DNA of 63,948 bases, filler included, from Platydemus manokwari (GCA_037951405.1; 6 parts of 6 records of this genome joined end to end with filler, not necessarily neighbours in it); one strand, 5' to 3'. Shown: positions 22,519 through 42,728, counted from the whole stretch's first letter. Notes: generated from the sequence alone by a model not told the origin. A program made the numbers and translations.

Positions 22519-23510
22519 ATGAACTTGCATAAATGCAAAATTTGTGACTCAACATTTAAAACGATTCAAGCTCTAAAATCCCAAGAAAAATCAAAAAACC
22601 ATGTAGCGAAATTTATTGCTTCTATTAATAATAATAATACAAACAATGACAGTAATAATAATGAAGTTTCGTCTTCATCAACTATGGGTGATTTTCAAAA
22701 ACCCTATAAAATTAATAAAAAATCACAACCAACTAAACATATAATTTATCATATTTCAGAAGAGTTTAATGAAATATTAGAATTTCTTAATAAATATCCA
22801 AATCATAAATTTCAAATAATGATCAAAATATTATTACAAAACATAAATCAAAATACTGAAGAAATTGTATATACAACAGTAAAATTATTTACAGATCAAA
22901 TATTAAAAATTGGATAATGATTTAAATGGAGTTCAAGGAAGCGGATGGAATATATCTTAATTAGGGAATATAACAGTAAATATTTCAAAGATAAAATGTT
23001 TCAATGATAAAAAATGTTTCTTGAATTCAATATTAACCCATTTATACCAAATCGAAGGACAAAGACGTCCAAATAGAGCAAGTCATTATAAAAAACATTT
23101 TGATAAATTAAATATTGAAGGAATATCAATTTCCAACACTTTAAAATGAAATTTAAAAAATTAAGAACAACAATAATTTCAAAATAAGCGTTTATGGAAT
23201 TAAAGGAAATGGAAGAATTACAAATTATTTAGAAGTTATACCAAGTAAACATAATAATATCTTAAAATTTAATAATTATAACCATCAAATATCAGTTCCT
23301 TTTTATAATTGTTGCTAATATAGAATGTGTTAATATACAAACTAATAAATCAAAAGGGAAAGCAAAAAATGTTTTAACTAATCAAATACCTTCCTGTTTT
23401 TGTTTAAAATTATTTTCAAGATATCCAGATTTAATAGAAAACGAGAATAAATTATTTCATGGAGAAAATTGTAAGCAAAAGTTTGTTCAATGTATTGAAA
23501 ATCTTCAAGT
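22519..23510 (+). mobile_element. Maverick/Polinton (adintovirus-like) protein-primed DNA polymerase B N-terminal remnant
   Basis: N-terminal C2H2-like 'HKCKICDSTFKT...SKNH'. Then, across frameshifts: 'VQGSGWNI', 'NDKKCFLNSILTHLY...RPNRASHYKKHFDKLNIEGI', 'NFKISVYGI', 'NFNNYNHQISVP..IIVANIEC' (cf. PFVIYADFE, Exo I) and 'NQIPSCFCLKL...FHGENCKQKFV'. Confidence 0.75.
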
Positions 23511-24486
23511 AATAAATCATCATATGTCATTTCGAGTTAATAGTATGTAAATTAATTCTATTATAAAATACAGACAAATTTTGCTGTATCATAAAAAGAT
23601 ACTAAGTAGTTCTAGTAATCATAACTAAAAATGATTAAAAAAATTATCTATGCCTGATCTTTCAAAAATCTGTAAAATATATTTTTTCTTTTGTAACATC
23701 TTCGTAATAATAAACCACTGGTTTATATCAATATTGTTTTTCTTTTATATGCTGTGAAGTTAATTCACTTAAATATCATTCATGAATTATAAATATTTAT
23801 TAAAAAGCTAAAGTCTGTTTCAAAGTACTTAATGTATTTATGGCTGTTTGAAATTCATTAATACAAAAATCACAATTGACATCAATAATCCAGCCTACAT
23901 AATATAAAAATCTCATATCTAAATTTTAGAGACGAAAAATAAAGTGGACGGAAGTATTGAAATTATTGCCATGAAGTTTCGACAAAATTGATGATAATTT
24001 TTGAAGTTTATGCTTTTCTTCGATCTCCATTAGTCAGATTTTCTTTAATTTCAGAACTAATTTCAAATTTTGTATTTGACTCATGATCTAAATTCGAATT
24101 AAAGTTTTAATATTTTGCTTATTATCACCATTGTTTTTTATTAAATTATATTCTTAAAATTAAGATTATGAATATAAGATTAATTAGTAACATGCCTGTT
24201 TTAAAATATCATTTAATTCTTTCAATAAAGTGGAACTAATTTTGCAACATTTCTGATAAAAATTTTCGAAAGACTCATCTGTGAAAGTACGTCTTTTGGA
24301 TGTTTCGCAGCCGAATTATTAAAAATATTTTCACTAGAATCCTTCGAATAAACATCAACTAATTTAATTGGTTAATCAATAATGTTTATAAATTTTTGAT
24401 TTTCTGAAAAAAAGTAATTCATTTTAATTAACCTTTAATAATAATTTCAATAACAACAAAAATACATCAATAATACATCGCGCAAT

Positions 24487-25574
24487 TTATTCATCAATGT
24501 TACTTATATCACAAGTATTATAATGTTCACCAAGCCCATAAGCAAATTTATGATATCTAAATATAAATCAATAAAACAAGTCGAAGGTATAGTATGATAT
24601 TACGTTATAACCACTTTATTTTTAAAATTAATATCTCCAACAATTATTGACGATACGTTGGCCTGTATTATTTCAATTTGACATTGAAGAACCTTCGAAA
24701 GTGCATTAATCTATAATTTGTTGTAATTAATTTATCAATTATTGTATTAAACCTCCAACTGACCACCCCAAGCTCTGGTAGATCGAATCAATTCACAATA
24801 TGTTTCAAATTCACCTGTTAAAATATTATAAATTATAGACTAAAAGCTTTTTAACTTGAATCCTCATTTGATATAAACGGTGAATAAAATTCTTTCTTGC
24901 TCATCATCTCATCATAAACTAATTTTCTTAAATGAATAGCAACATCTTCATTTTTAGAAAATTCCGTTGAGAAATCAAAAATATTCTTTAAAATGCATTG
25001 ATAACCAATCGCATTAAATAAACAATTGCCATCTGGGGGTATCTTCAAAATATTAAACTTTTAAATACTCAAAAAAGTAATTACATCTACCAATTTTAAA
25101 TTTCTAGAATTTAATTTTTTATTTATAACTTCAAGTTCTTTAAACCCTTCACAGTTTTGCTCATTAGCCTCATGCCTTTTAATTATTTCTTCATATAATT
25201 TTTGCGTGTCTTTTTTTTTATTTTTTTTTGGTTTTGAAATTTTATCTACATAAAGTATAAATTACAATTTAATTCTTAGAAATAAATCATTAAAACTTAC
25301 TAGAATTTTTATCACACTCTAAGTTTACACAATGCAAACTGGTTGATAAATTAACTTCCTCAATATCCTTTTTGTGGCGTTCAATCAAATCTTTTTCTAA
25401 GATTGAGATTGTTTGTTGAACTTCTTTCATTCTTTTTTTGTCACCCTTAGGTACAGACTTTTTGAGTCTCTGAATTTCGTCTACAATAATGAATATGAAA
25501 ATTATTTCATCAACACAAAAAAGACTTTGTAATATCCTCATATCTTTTTTATGACTTTGCAAAACTTCATCCAT
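24487..25574 (-). CDS. OTUD6B: OTU-domain deubiquitinase OTUD6B-like (7 exons)
   Basis: N-terminal 'LQSHKKDMRILQ..IQRLKKSVPKGDKKRMKEV..LIERH'. OTU catalytic 'IPPDGNCLFNAI', 'WGGQLEINALS' and 'YHKFAYGLGEHYN'. Six short GT-AG introns, all phase-consistent. Confidence 0.93.
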
Positions 25575-26325
25575 TTTTCAAATAAAACACCAAGTAATTA
25601 TTAAAACAAGTAAATACTAAGATATGTGAATTATCCAATCTTAGTTATATTTTAGTCATTAATTTTATAATTAGAATAAATTAAAAATATTTATCATTTG
25701 TTAGAAATAATATAATTTTATTTATCCATATTTCTAATTTCTGGTTATAGTTTGGCACATAATTTATAATAGAATAAATTTTTTAAGATCGAACTTTGAA
25801 CCTAATGCAAAACTGAAAATCCGTAGTCCCAACCTGTACAACTCAATTGATCACGACTAAAATCCGGAATTCCAATGTTTTATCTTTAAAATAATATGAA
25901 AAAAAGGCTGTGGAGATAATGCAAATAATCAAGTTATTTAAAATGAAAATTAATTATCAGAAAATGCTTTGTGAACTAACATATTTAAAGGGTAGTGGAC
26001 TTTAATTTATAATTTCGAAGTAAACCAAAGTTCACTTAAAATGAGAATAGGGGGTTAGGGTTAGACTTAGTGTATGGGTTTTTTTTAACGATTTTCCCCT
26101 ATTTTAAATATACAAATATTTATTGAAAAAAACAGTTTTTTATAATACAAGTCCGACACCATCACCACATAGTGGCAGGGCAAAATATCACAGGATTTTC
26201 TTCGTCTCACACACGTTTATTCTCGTCTATCCAAGTTTGCTGGACACCTCATCATCCTCAGAACCCGCATATTCGTCGTCCGAGATGTCATTTGATCTGG
26301 TTCTTGTCCTCGATAGTAATATAGC

Positions 26326-26425
26326 NNNNNNNNNNNNNNNNNNNNNNNNNNNNNNNNNNNNNNNNNNNNTTAATTAATTAANNNNNNNNNNNNNNNNNNN
26401 NNNNNNNNNNNNNNNNNNNNNNNNN
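26326..26425. other. Artificial contig linker
   Basis: N44-TTAATTAATTAA-N44. Confidence 0.97.
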
Positions 26426-26593
26426 AAATTAATTTCTTTTCTTTTTATTTTAAGTTTTTATTATTACTATTTTTGTTTTTTATTTCACTTACTATTTTTA
26501 TCCTATAAAAATTTTAATTTAGACTATCTTAATTCTGTGTTTCTGTTGTTGTTATTATTGTCGTTATTTTTATTATTACTATTATTGTTGTTA

Positions 26594-26594
<1 letters not shown>

Positions 26595-26637
<43 letters not shown>
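26595..26637. repeat. (ATT)n microsatellite within a T-rich low-complexity tract
   Basis: About 13 perfect ATT units. Confidence 0.9.
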
Positions 26638-26638
<1 letters not shown>

Positions 26639-27440
26639 TTAATGTTATTATTATATTACTCATTGTCGTGTTTATTCTCAATGTGTTAATATTTTATTCT
26701 TGTTTCATACTACTCTACTGTCTATATTCGCTCTTTTCCAGTTATTATATTCGTAAACAGCTCATTGCTTAATTCTCATCATTGTGTTTTCTCGTAACAA
26801 TCTTTCCCTCCAGTTTACAAAAGCAAAGATCAAGAATAAAATAATTATTGTTATACATAATTATCAAACTTCAAATAAGCAAATAAGCGAGTAACAAATA
26901 GCAAATAAAACAAATATCAGATATTGTTAAAAATCAAATCAATCAATCAAATTTTATTGTTTTTGTTAATAATTGGAATTTGCGGGATTGATTGAACTCG
27001 ATGATTAATTTGGGATTCGGGATTTGTGGAATAAATATTGGTTTGAAGACTTTGAAGGTTCGACATTTGGTTATGATGATGAGCACGATTTGACGATTTT
27101 GGTTTTCGGATGATAGGGATTGATTATTGTTGGTTAAGAACTTATTAATGCTGGGATTTGAATCGGATAATTGGGATTGATTATTGTCAGTTAAGGATTG
27201 GTTTGACGAGGACGATGTTAACGATTTTGGTTTGATCAATGTTGTTATGTTGCTTTAGGGTTTATTAATGTTGGGATTAATTACTGTTGGTTTAGTTAGA
27301 ATTGACTACTGTTGGGATTTTGTTAGGATTTGGGATTTGTTGATGAAGACAGGGTTGGTTAGTCTTGGGATTTGAATAAGTTATTTGATGAAGATGATGA
27401 AGGTGCATCCTCAACATTACTATAGAAAGGCATCTTCACT

Positions 27441-28017
27441 CGATGGGAAAGGTTTAGAAGTGTGAATCATGGGTTACGCAGACTTGAAGCGACAATAACA
27501 AAAATCAAAGAACCAGAATCTTCACTGGTTTGCATGCTCGCCATTGCTCAACTGATGGACACACAAGCAACAATTTCTTTATTGAATCGTTATTGGTGTT
27601 TGTACGTCAATATTTAGCAATCTAAGGAATGGCTTAGCACTGATAAATTAGTGATATTCCAGGTGAAACAAGATCTTCATCCTCATGAATCTTCATTTTC
27701 TGGGAATGGAATATCCATTACTAATTACTTGAACTGAAAAAAAGCCAACACGGAATTTTTTGATCAACAAATGGAATGACTCAACCCAATTACTCAAAAG
27801 AAAAGATCTAATCGATAGCTTGAAGTTATTTCGCTGAACGACAATACCGACCCCTATCGACACTATGATAAAAAAATCATTGAAACCTGTTGGACTGGCC
27901 TCTTTCGATAAATTTTAAATGCTATACAAGGAGTTTTACTAAATACTGATGAGGTAATCAGAGCTTGATCGGAAGATGTTGATTTCTATCAACGAGATAT
28001 TGAAAATCTTGTTTAAC
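27441..28017 (+). pseudogene. Decayed ORF of unknown origin (likely transposon or viral)
   Basis: One frame of ~190 codons with only six internal stops (RWERFRSVNHGLRRLEAT...DVDFYQRDIENLV*). It lies next to low-complexity N/S/P-rich sequence. Confidence 0.4.
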
Positions 28018-30080
28018 GTTTTATGAGGTTGTGTACATCAAGGCAGGATACATTATTGATTAGTTGTTAATTTTTATTGAAAAATAAACTTTAAAAAAAA
28101 TTTTAAAGATGGACCTTAGTATTCAATCCTACATAATTAATGAACAATAATTATATAATTACAATGGCGAATTGTATTGCAATGATTTAAAAGTAAGCTT
28201 GTGTAGGGCAATAAAGCTTCCATTAGTATACAATATTAATGACAGGAACTCTAATTAAATGGAAGGTTATGTTAAGCATTATGAATTTATTTTAGAATAG
28301 GTGAACAATATTCTTTTGAACAATTTCACCAAGCTGATTTTGAGTAGATATTTAACTTACGTGCATTTTTTCTTAAAGTTAATAAATAAGTTAATAAATA
28401 AGTCCTACTTGTGGATAACTTTTATTACAATTAAAATCATTAAAAATATATATATATATATTCTAGAAAACCAATCTTCAACTAACCTTGTGTATTTGAA
28501 ATTATTTGAGATTTAAATTTGTAATTCTCTATTAACTTTTTATCAATCATTTCTGTTGTTATTTACATATTATTCGTATCAAATACGGCAAAAATCGCAT
28601 ATATGACCTACATAAAATACTAATAATAGATATTGATAGAATCAGTTACTTAATGTGAGTATTTGTATTTCAACGCCCGTAAATTGTATTCAGTCACAAT
28701 CAATTAAATCAAAAAAATAACACATCGTATTGTATCTATTCGTGTTCCGTTTATTTTCTTTGAAAAGAAACATTATCCGACTAAATATTCCTATGACTCT
28801 GATAATTCACAACATCATAAAATTTAAATTTATAAATAGTAAGATATACTAATCCAATAATAAATCGATAATACATTAAACTAATTTATTAACAATAATC
28901 GGTTAGTTTGCTATCAAATGTGGAAACTTTTTCTTGAATTCCAAATTTATTTTAAACAAATACATAAACAGATACTTTTAGTTTATTTATAATAAATGTC
29001 TCATTAGACATCTATGTGATAAAAATATCATTTGATTTCGTATTTTAAATTCAAAAATGGTTCTATGTGGAAAAATGGATTTTATAAGATTGTGACCACT
29101 GTTTGCTAGATTCTTTTTTCAAATCTTAATCGAAATTTTGTTTATAATATTGATGTGATTTTCGCAACTCCTTTTTAAGAACTAAAAGATATTCTTCAAT
29201 GGAACAATAATTGCCCTAGTCTTCAAGCTATCTACAATAATTGTTCTACGAAATAATAAAAAAATTAAAAATAATTATAATATTGTTACTTCTCAGATTT
29301 TAAACATTTGCAAGGTCCAATATGATGATTTATATATTGAGTTTAATTTCTAATACCAATTATTTTAGACGTTAAATGATCAGCAAAACATAATCCAATT
29401 TATTGTTAAAATTGTACCATAGAATTGTTGATTAATTCAATCTAACTCAAAACGGTGCTCGAATTTCTTACATTTTAGAATTTTTTGAATGGAGAACGCC
29501 AGTACTCTTCTATTGAGCTCTCATATATCTCAACAATCATTCAAAACATTATTCATGTACAATCAAATAATAAGATTAAGATTGTATATAACCAGATAGT
29601 CATATTTAAAACATTCTGTTGCTTAATTTAAACAAATTAGGATGCTTTTGGTTATCTTATTAATCACCATTGGCAATTTACAAAAATCTTAATGAGGCTT
29701 ATTAACAGAATGAATAGTTACAATCAATAAATTTTAAAAACATCAAAATAATATTTAAGAGAAATTTAATGTAATCATCAAATTAATAAGTTTATTTTTA
29801 TATTCAATATTGATTTTAAGTTTACAAACATATAATTGCTTCGATACATTGTCACACAATATTAACAAAACAAAGTCAATATGAGCAATTTAAGATTTAT
29901 ATCCAAAATTCAAGTCACAACATTATGTTTACATTCAATTTCATACCGAATTTCACCCAATTAGTAAGACAACAATTTATGTGCAAAAATCAATACCGCA
30001 TATATTATACGAAATAAAGAACGGCTACTATTCTATAATAAATACATAATACACAAAAATGTCCCCTTTAACTTCATTCC

Positions 30081-36333
<6,253 letters not shown>

Positions 36334-36928
36334 CTATTATGGATTAAATATTTAAATTTCTTTCATATGTAATAATTAATAAAATATAACAAATAATAAT
36401 ATAATATAGTATAATTAATATAAATATTTGATCTTTGCTTCATTTCTTTGGTTTTGTTTAATATTCAATATAAAAGACTTAAATCCATATCCCAGAAATA
36501 CATTAATTCTAAATAACCAAATTATTTTTTACGCAAAATAAATATAGTGGCTATCTCATCAATTATCGAAACCACTTGGATGCACATTTTATTTCTTTCT
36601 AAATGTTTTCTTTCACCATCTTCGAAAAACCAAAACTTATCACTTCAATGTTATAGTTAATTTAGTTCATCAAGATATTTTTTTAATAATTTTCATTGTT
36701 TATGATTACAATTCAATTGATGTGTACGTGTTCAGCTATGTAATTCGTAAAAAAGTTTACGATAGAATTTAACAAAATTTATTTTCGTATCAGAATAATA
36801 TAAATATAACTCGTATGTGTCATACAGATTTAAATTGGCCATTAATTGTATTTGACTTGATCACCGGTGATTTCAATGATAAAAATAGTGATAATGTCTG
36901 AATGTCAAGATATCTTGTTACCCTTTGT

Positions 36929-37028
36929 NNNNNNNNNNNNNNNNNNNNNNNNNNNNNNNNNNNNNNNNNNNNTTAATTAATTAANNNNNNNNNNNNNNNN
37001 NNNNNNNNNNNNNNNNNNNNNNNNNNNN
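36929..37028. other. Artificial contig linker
   Basis: N44-TTAATTAATTAA-N44. Confidence 0.97.
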
Positions 37029-37146
37029 TCTAGACATGTAGAAGTGTAAACACATGGTTCTAGACATGTAGAAGTGTAAACACATGGTTCTAGACATGTA
37101 GAAGTATAAACACGTGGTTCTATACATGTAGACGTATACACACATG
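37029..37146. repeat. 30-bp minisatellite at a contig edge
   Basis: About 4 copies of TCTAGACATGTAGAAGTGTAAACACATGGT, decaying to the right. Confidence 0.9.
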
Positions 37147-37618
37147 TGGCAGTATCTCAATATGACTTACGTTTAACTGTTTGTATATAAAATTAAGAAA
37201 ACTGGTTTAACGTGATAAATATGTTGTCGGCTTTACTATACATTCAGTGTTAATTCAAATAACTTGAGCGTATTAGCATGCAAATGCAATACCCACTAAG
37301 AAAATAGTCCTAACAAATATTGCTCTTATCAATGGCATGGAACAAATCTTTCATTAAACTAATCAGAAAATGCCGATCACACTGCATACTTCATTTCCCA
37401 ACAGCTATTATTTAATCCATTTGAAAAACAATCTATTTTCTTCTATAAATTCCTCATATTAAGATACGAATTGTATAACAGAATCTATTGTCGATGTTTT
37501 AAAATTGCTATTTGCTAAGAAAACTAAAATTCCAAGCAGTAACAAACGATTTCTGAGAATGATAATTTGATGTAGAATTTTCTTAAATTTAAAATATAAA
37601 AATTCAATTTATAAATTT

Positions 37619-37940
37619 AATCAATGTTTTTAATTAAAATAAATAAAAACCAATTAAAATCGATTATAAAATAAATTTGATAAATCAAAAATAATTTAAA
37701 AAAAACAATCGATGAGAGAAAATTGAGATGAACAAAATTAAATTAATAGAATGAAATTATCGGAGCAATGCAATTCAATTCATAAATATAATCAATGAAA
37801 TGTGTTTTAATCAATCAAAATTCAATTAAAATCAATTATAAAATAAATAGAGAAAATGAGAATAATTAATTAACGATCGATGAAAATAAACTGAGATGAA
37901 AAAATCAAATTAATAGATTAAAATTACCAGAGCAGATTGA
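37619..37940. repeat. Two-copy ~170-bp A-rich tandem duplication
   Basis: CAATTAAAATC.ATTATAAA, ATCGATGA, TGAGATGAA, AAATTAATAGA and GAGCA are repeated in the same order. Confidence 0.7.
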
Positions 37941-40799
37941 TTAATAGTTTCATGTTGTTTTGATGTTCTAGATTCTCTATGAGTGATCTAATATGGTATC
38001 ACCACTAGACTTCGTCGCAAGATGGATTCAATTAAAAGAAAATTTTTTAATTAAAAAAAACATAAACGCTTTGTAGAGTGCTTTATGTGAAATTGGTGAT
38101 GGAATCATGTAAGAGCTTTTCTTGTTTTATATCATGTCTCGATTCAAGGGACAAATGAAATCTATATTTTCATATATAAATATATTACGATCGAGGATTC
38201 ATTGAACATGGAACATATTTAATTATAAAATACAAGTTTGACGAACCATTTGGTTAACATTTAGTTAATTATATATATTTTTTTCTATAAATTTTATATA
38301 CTAAAGGAGTACGAATTAGACAAGAAATGTATTACCAAAAGGTTATGAAATGCAATTTGTTACAAGAGATAAACATCTAAATAGTCGGTAATGGATCATG
38401 AGGATCTTAATTAGATCATGGTCAGAATTATGATTTGTAGTTGTTCATCAAATTTGTTTGCTGAATCTCAATCATTCGAATTGAATGACCGATTGTTTCT
38501 CTGTGCTTGAAAACTAAAATCGAACGATTGTTATTGAAACGATTATTGATTCCTGAAAGTAAAATGAATTTCAAATCCATAAAAATTTAATTCCCTCAAC
38601 TGTCAGCAGTTGTCATAAAATGTCTCAATGTAAACAACAATAAACAATACATTTAAATAAAACACATCTCCCATAACAACCCCGATAATAACTACCTCAC
38701 CTAAAACGTGAACAATATTTACCAATATTTTTTCAAAATATATTCAACTTTTAAATGCCATGAATTCTTGGATAGCCAGAATATCAACCAAATCTTTTCT
38801 TTCCAGTAATTTCAATCTTTAAAATGCCTCCCTTCAATGTATTTGTTTCGATATTGACACTGCCTTTGTATTCATTAACTTCTTGAAATTCGACATCTTA
38901 GCAATACTTTTCAATTTTATCGAAATGTATCGATAAACAGATATCATTTATTTTTAAAATTTTTCAGTTTTAACGACTACCGAAAAACTGACTTTTTGTC
39001 TTGACATTTTGTAATATAATGCATGAATAATTGCTAAAATGTAGCAATTATAGAAATAATATTTTATTAAAACTTTTATGACTTTCATAAAAAGAAAAGA
39101 CCATTGTTGCCGATCATATTATCTTCATATTGTATTGATCGTGAGGTGAAGAAAGATTGTACCTTGGTTAGGACTCATGGAGATTGATCAATACAAAAGT
39201 GATCTTCAAAGAGTTAAAATTAGAGATTGATAATAGAAAAACAAAATACCTCAATCCCGAAACAAATCACTTTTATAACTTAAAAAACTAGCAATGTCAA
39301 TCCTGAAAATTAAACTCATGCAAATATTCAGGTACAATATTATCGATTGTTTCACAATTTATCATTTCGATGTTCTCATTGAAATTTCTTTATACATTCA
39401 AGTAGAATTCTCAAAACAACGCTTATAAACACCATTGGATTCTTTAGATCTTTGATTTCTTTGATAAAAAGTATATTAATCCAACTATATGCATTTTTGT
39501 TCTCCATTTGTTCTTATTTTTGTGCATCTATTTTTAGGTACAGTGGTATTCTTTGAAATATCATTTTCCCTAGTAATTGAATTGCTAATGCGATTTTATA
39601 ATAAAATAATACTAAACTAAAAAATGCAAACGTATTACATTCACATGGAACCAATGATAACTCATCATGAATATCAGGAATGAAATCATAAAGGATATCA
39701 TATTATTTCTTAAAAAAATCTTCCTGGAGCACAAAACAATTTTCCAAAGAATCTGTTTTTAAAATTTTCTCTTTTATTAGAACGGATACCCAAAACTAAT
39801 GAAGAGCGGTATGCATAAATTCCTGTAAAATCAATGAAAATTCTTTCAGCGATGAAGCATAAAATTTCTTGGAAATATATAACCATCGTTTTCCATCACA
39901 TTGAATTTTAACAAAAATTTTCAAGCATAAAACAATATTTGAATTTAGACGCTTTAATATGCCTTCGATATCACTTGTTCAGGGATGGCTTAATGTGAAA
40001 TGTTGAAATTGTATTTTAATGAATTAATGTACTAATACTAATGTACCAATAATCATTATTTATTAATATATTTTAAAATACCGTTTGACATAATTAGCAC
40101 CTAAATACTTTCATATTAAAAAGAACTAATTGCTTGTTACTACATTGAACATATATTAATGATTAAACATTTTTATCAATAATTACACACAAAACGTGAT
40201 GAATTACTCAATCATCAATAAATTATGGAAATAGAATTCCAACACAATTATTTTTATATTATTAATAAATTATTTTCTTAATTAAACTAATTGAGATAGA
40301 AAAAGGAAACATCGTTAATTTTTTTTAATAATTTTGTTTAATTCTTTATAAAATCGATTATCTTAGAAGTTTTATATATCATAAATATTTTCCACAACAC
40401 TAACTGTTAGTTTGAAATTCGCTGTAATTAGTGATTGAGAAGTATTTTGAATTTATTAGAATTGTACTTATAGAAATAATTTTTATACACAAAATATAAT
40501 ATTTCCAAGAGAGTTTTAGTCATTGCACTTCCTGATCAGGAATAAAAAATTTGTAAATAATGCATTAAATTTTCAAGATTTTAAAACATTGAAAATTATA
40601 ACATTTTTAAATAATTCATTTTTATATTTGTTTAAATATTCATCACACCAACCATTGCGTTAAATTGAAAAATAGATTGAGATTCTTAGAATGGACTAAA
40701 ATTAAAAAATAGGGTCCTAAAATAAAATTTTAAAATTATGAGTGTATTACAAAAATCTATATAGATTTTTTAATTAATTTCTTTAATAACATTATGAAT

Positions 40800-41710
40800 T
40801 GAAGACATGGTTTTTGATGACAATTTCAATTGCATGGAATACATTGCTTGGACTTATGTTGTAACTGTCATCAACCTGGCTATCTTTAGCACTAAGTACA
40901 ACATCTTCAACAGTGTATTTTTCTTGACACAGTGCAATGATTTCATTATTATCAATGATTTATTTTGTTTGGATCATATCCCCTTCAACCATTTTTGTGT
41001 ATCTCAAGAACCAAATCTGATGATAAGTTTTCTTCAGAATAAGATCCGCGAAGACCTGGAATAATAGCTATTTCTACCAATTTTTCAACTATTTTTTTTC
41101 TATGAGCTGAAACATCAACATAATTCATTGAATTTGCTTCCCCATGGAGAACTTAGAATTTCAGATTAAATCAATTTTTGTATCTATAGAGTCATCCTTT
41201 ACTGAATTGCAGGTCATCGACATTTAGTTTTTGTCGAAATTCCTTTGCTTTAGTAACGAGAACTTCACCAGTCACATAATCATTATCGCATCCATTCAAC
41301 ATATCCATTTGACCAATGAATTCTCAAGCAGAGAATGAATTTACGAAGATTGTCTGGAGTAAGTGTTTGAGCTTTCACAATTGTCCCATTTCTCTTTATT
41401 TTTAAAAATTTCTGATAACGTAGAAATTCCTACGTCCAGGTTTAATTATCCTCTGATTATTTGAGACAATTCGTTTCTTTGACTCCTTTATTGCACAAAT
41501 TTATGCCTTTTTTTGAATTGTAATTTCCGTTTATTTTCTAGTCACGTGGATATTTAATTTAAATAAATTAAAATTGTAATCAAGCTTAATTTTTAAACAA
41601 CATTTATTCGAAACTTTATTAAATTAATTGAAATATAATTTAAAAAAGAGCTTTCCGATTGCGGATCTTGAAGTTTCGGATTATTGAAGTTCGGATAAAC
41701 GAGGCTTGAC
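40800..41710 (-). mobile_element. Decayed pogo/Tigger DNA transposon
   Basis: CENP-B-type HTH 'LENSLVKWI...VTGEVLVTKAKEFRQKLNVDDLQFSKG*LYRYKN*FNLKF*VLHGEANS'. Pogo-like terminus (A)GTCAAGCCTCGTTTATCCGAAC at ~41688-41710, with subterminal TCCGAA repeats. Confidence 0.85.
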
Positions 41711-42728
41711 TTATAATTCTACAAAATTATTATTTTACCCAAAGAATCTCAAGATAAACTAATATCATAAAACTAATAAACTGTAACCACAAAACTGACT
41801 AAATTACTGACTAATGAATACGGTAGGATTAATTTGCATTACCCTTTAGCTAAACACTTGTAACATGCAAATGCCTTTGATGATAAATAATAAAATAATT
41901 GCTAGCATCATATTTACACAACATCGAAAACACCACACTTGTGAAACAATTGATGACTCGCTTTTGATATCATTAGATAACAATAAATATGATGAATAAA
42001 TACAAATAATTCTAAACGAAAATTTAGTAGATACTATAGTGACTATTACCCATTATCAAAAGTTTAATGTGCAAGTTCAGTTATTTTGTGCTGATATTTT
42101 GATTCATAAAATGTACTCAATGGGTGCACCTGCAAACAAACCTCAAATTGTGTAGATAGATAATAATTTCGTACTGATAATTATCAAGTGACCATGTACT
42201 TTATGAGAATGGGTTTTAATATTTGCCGCTCACATAAATGATAATAGATTTTTAAAATATTGATTACTGATATAATTGCGGGATTGGTTAGGTTATGAAA
42301 TTTTATCTGGAGTTTTGATAACAAATAATTTTCTTTTGTATATTTTATATATTTCGGATTGGCGTTTCTTCATGGGATTAAACAAAATTTGATAAAAATT
42401 ATATGTATGCTGTTCCACTGAAAACAACCCTCTAGCATTTTTTCCGATATTTTTTTTAAATTTAATAAATTGCATTTGTTGTATTGTTATCAATTCTACT
42501 AATTTTAAAAATTCAAATTGTTTTAATTATTGATTTTTCGATTAGTGTGTGTCTGTGTAATATCAAATATGTCATGTGCAACTTCTTTCATTTACTCAAC
42601 TGCTATCTAATTCATCGACAACAATCAACTCTGATCGATAAATAATCAATTACTCTCACCTCATAGAGGAAATCTCAACCTCTTAAGCATTTTATATCAA
42701 CTATCTTTTAAAAACTAACTAACAAAAT

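Noticed and set aside
23620-24360. Exon-like pieces downstream of OTUD6B on the minus strand
   Set aside because: No consistent open spliced frame could be assembled.
26050-26064. Telomere-like GGGGTTAGGGTTAG
   Set aside because: Only about two units; common in repeat debris.
38678-38699. let-7-like TGAGGTAGTTATTATCGGGGTT on the minus strand
   Set aside because: Seed match only, with no complementary arm to form a hairpin. It lies in probable decayed Tc1-like sequence.
41832-41872. Inverted pair of octamer motifs (ATTTGCAT/ATGCAAAT)
   Set aside because: The motif occurs many times in this AT-rich window, and no linked snRNA or gene is visible.
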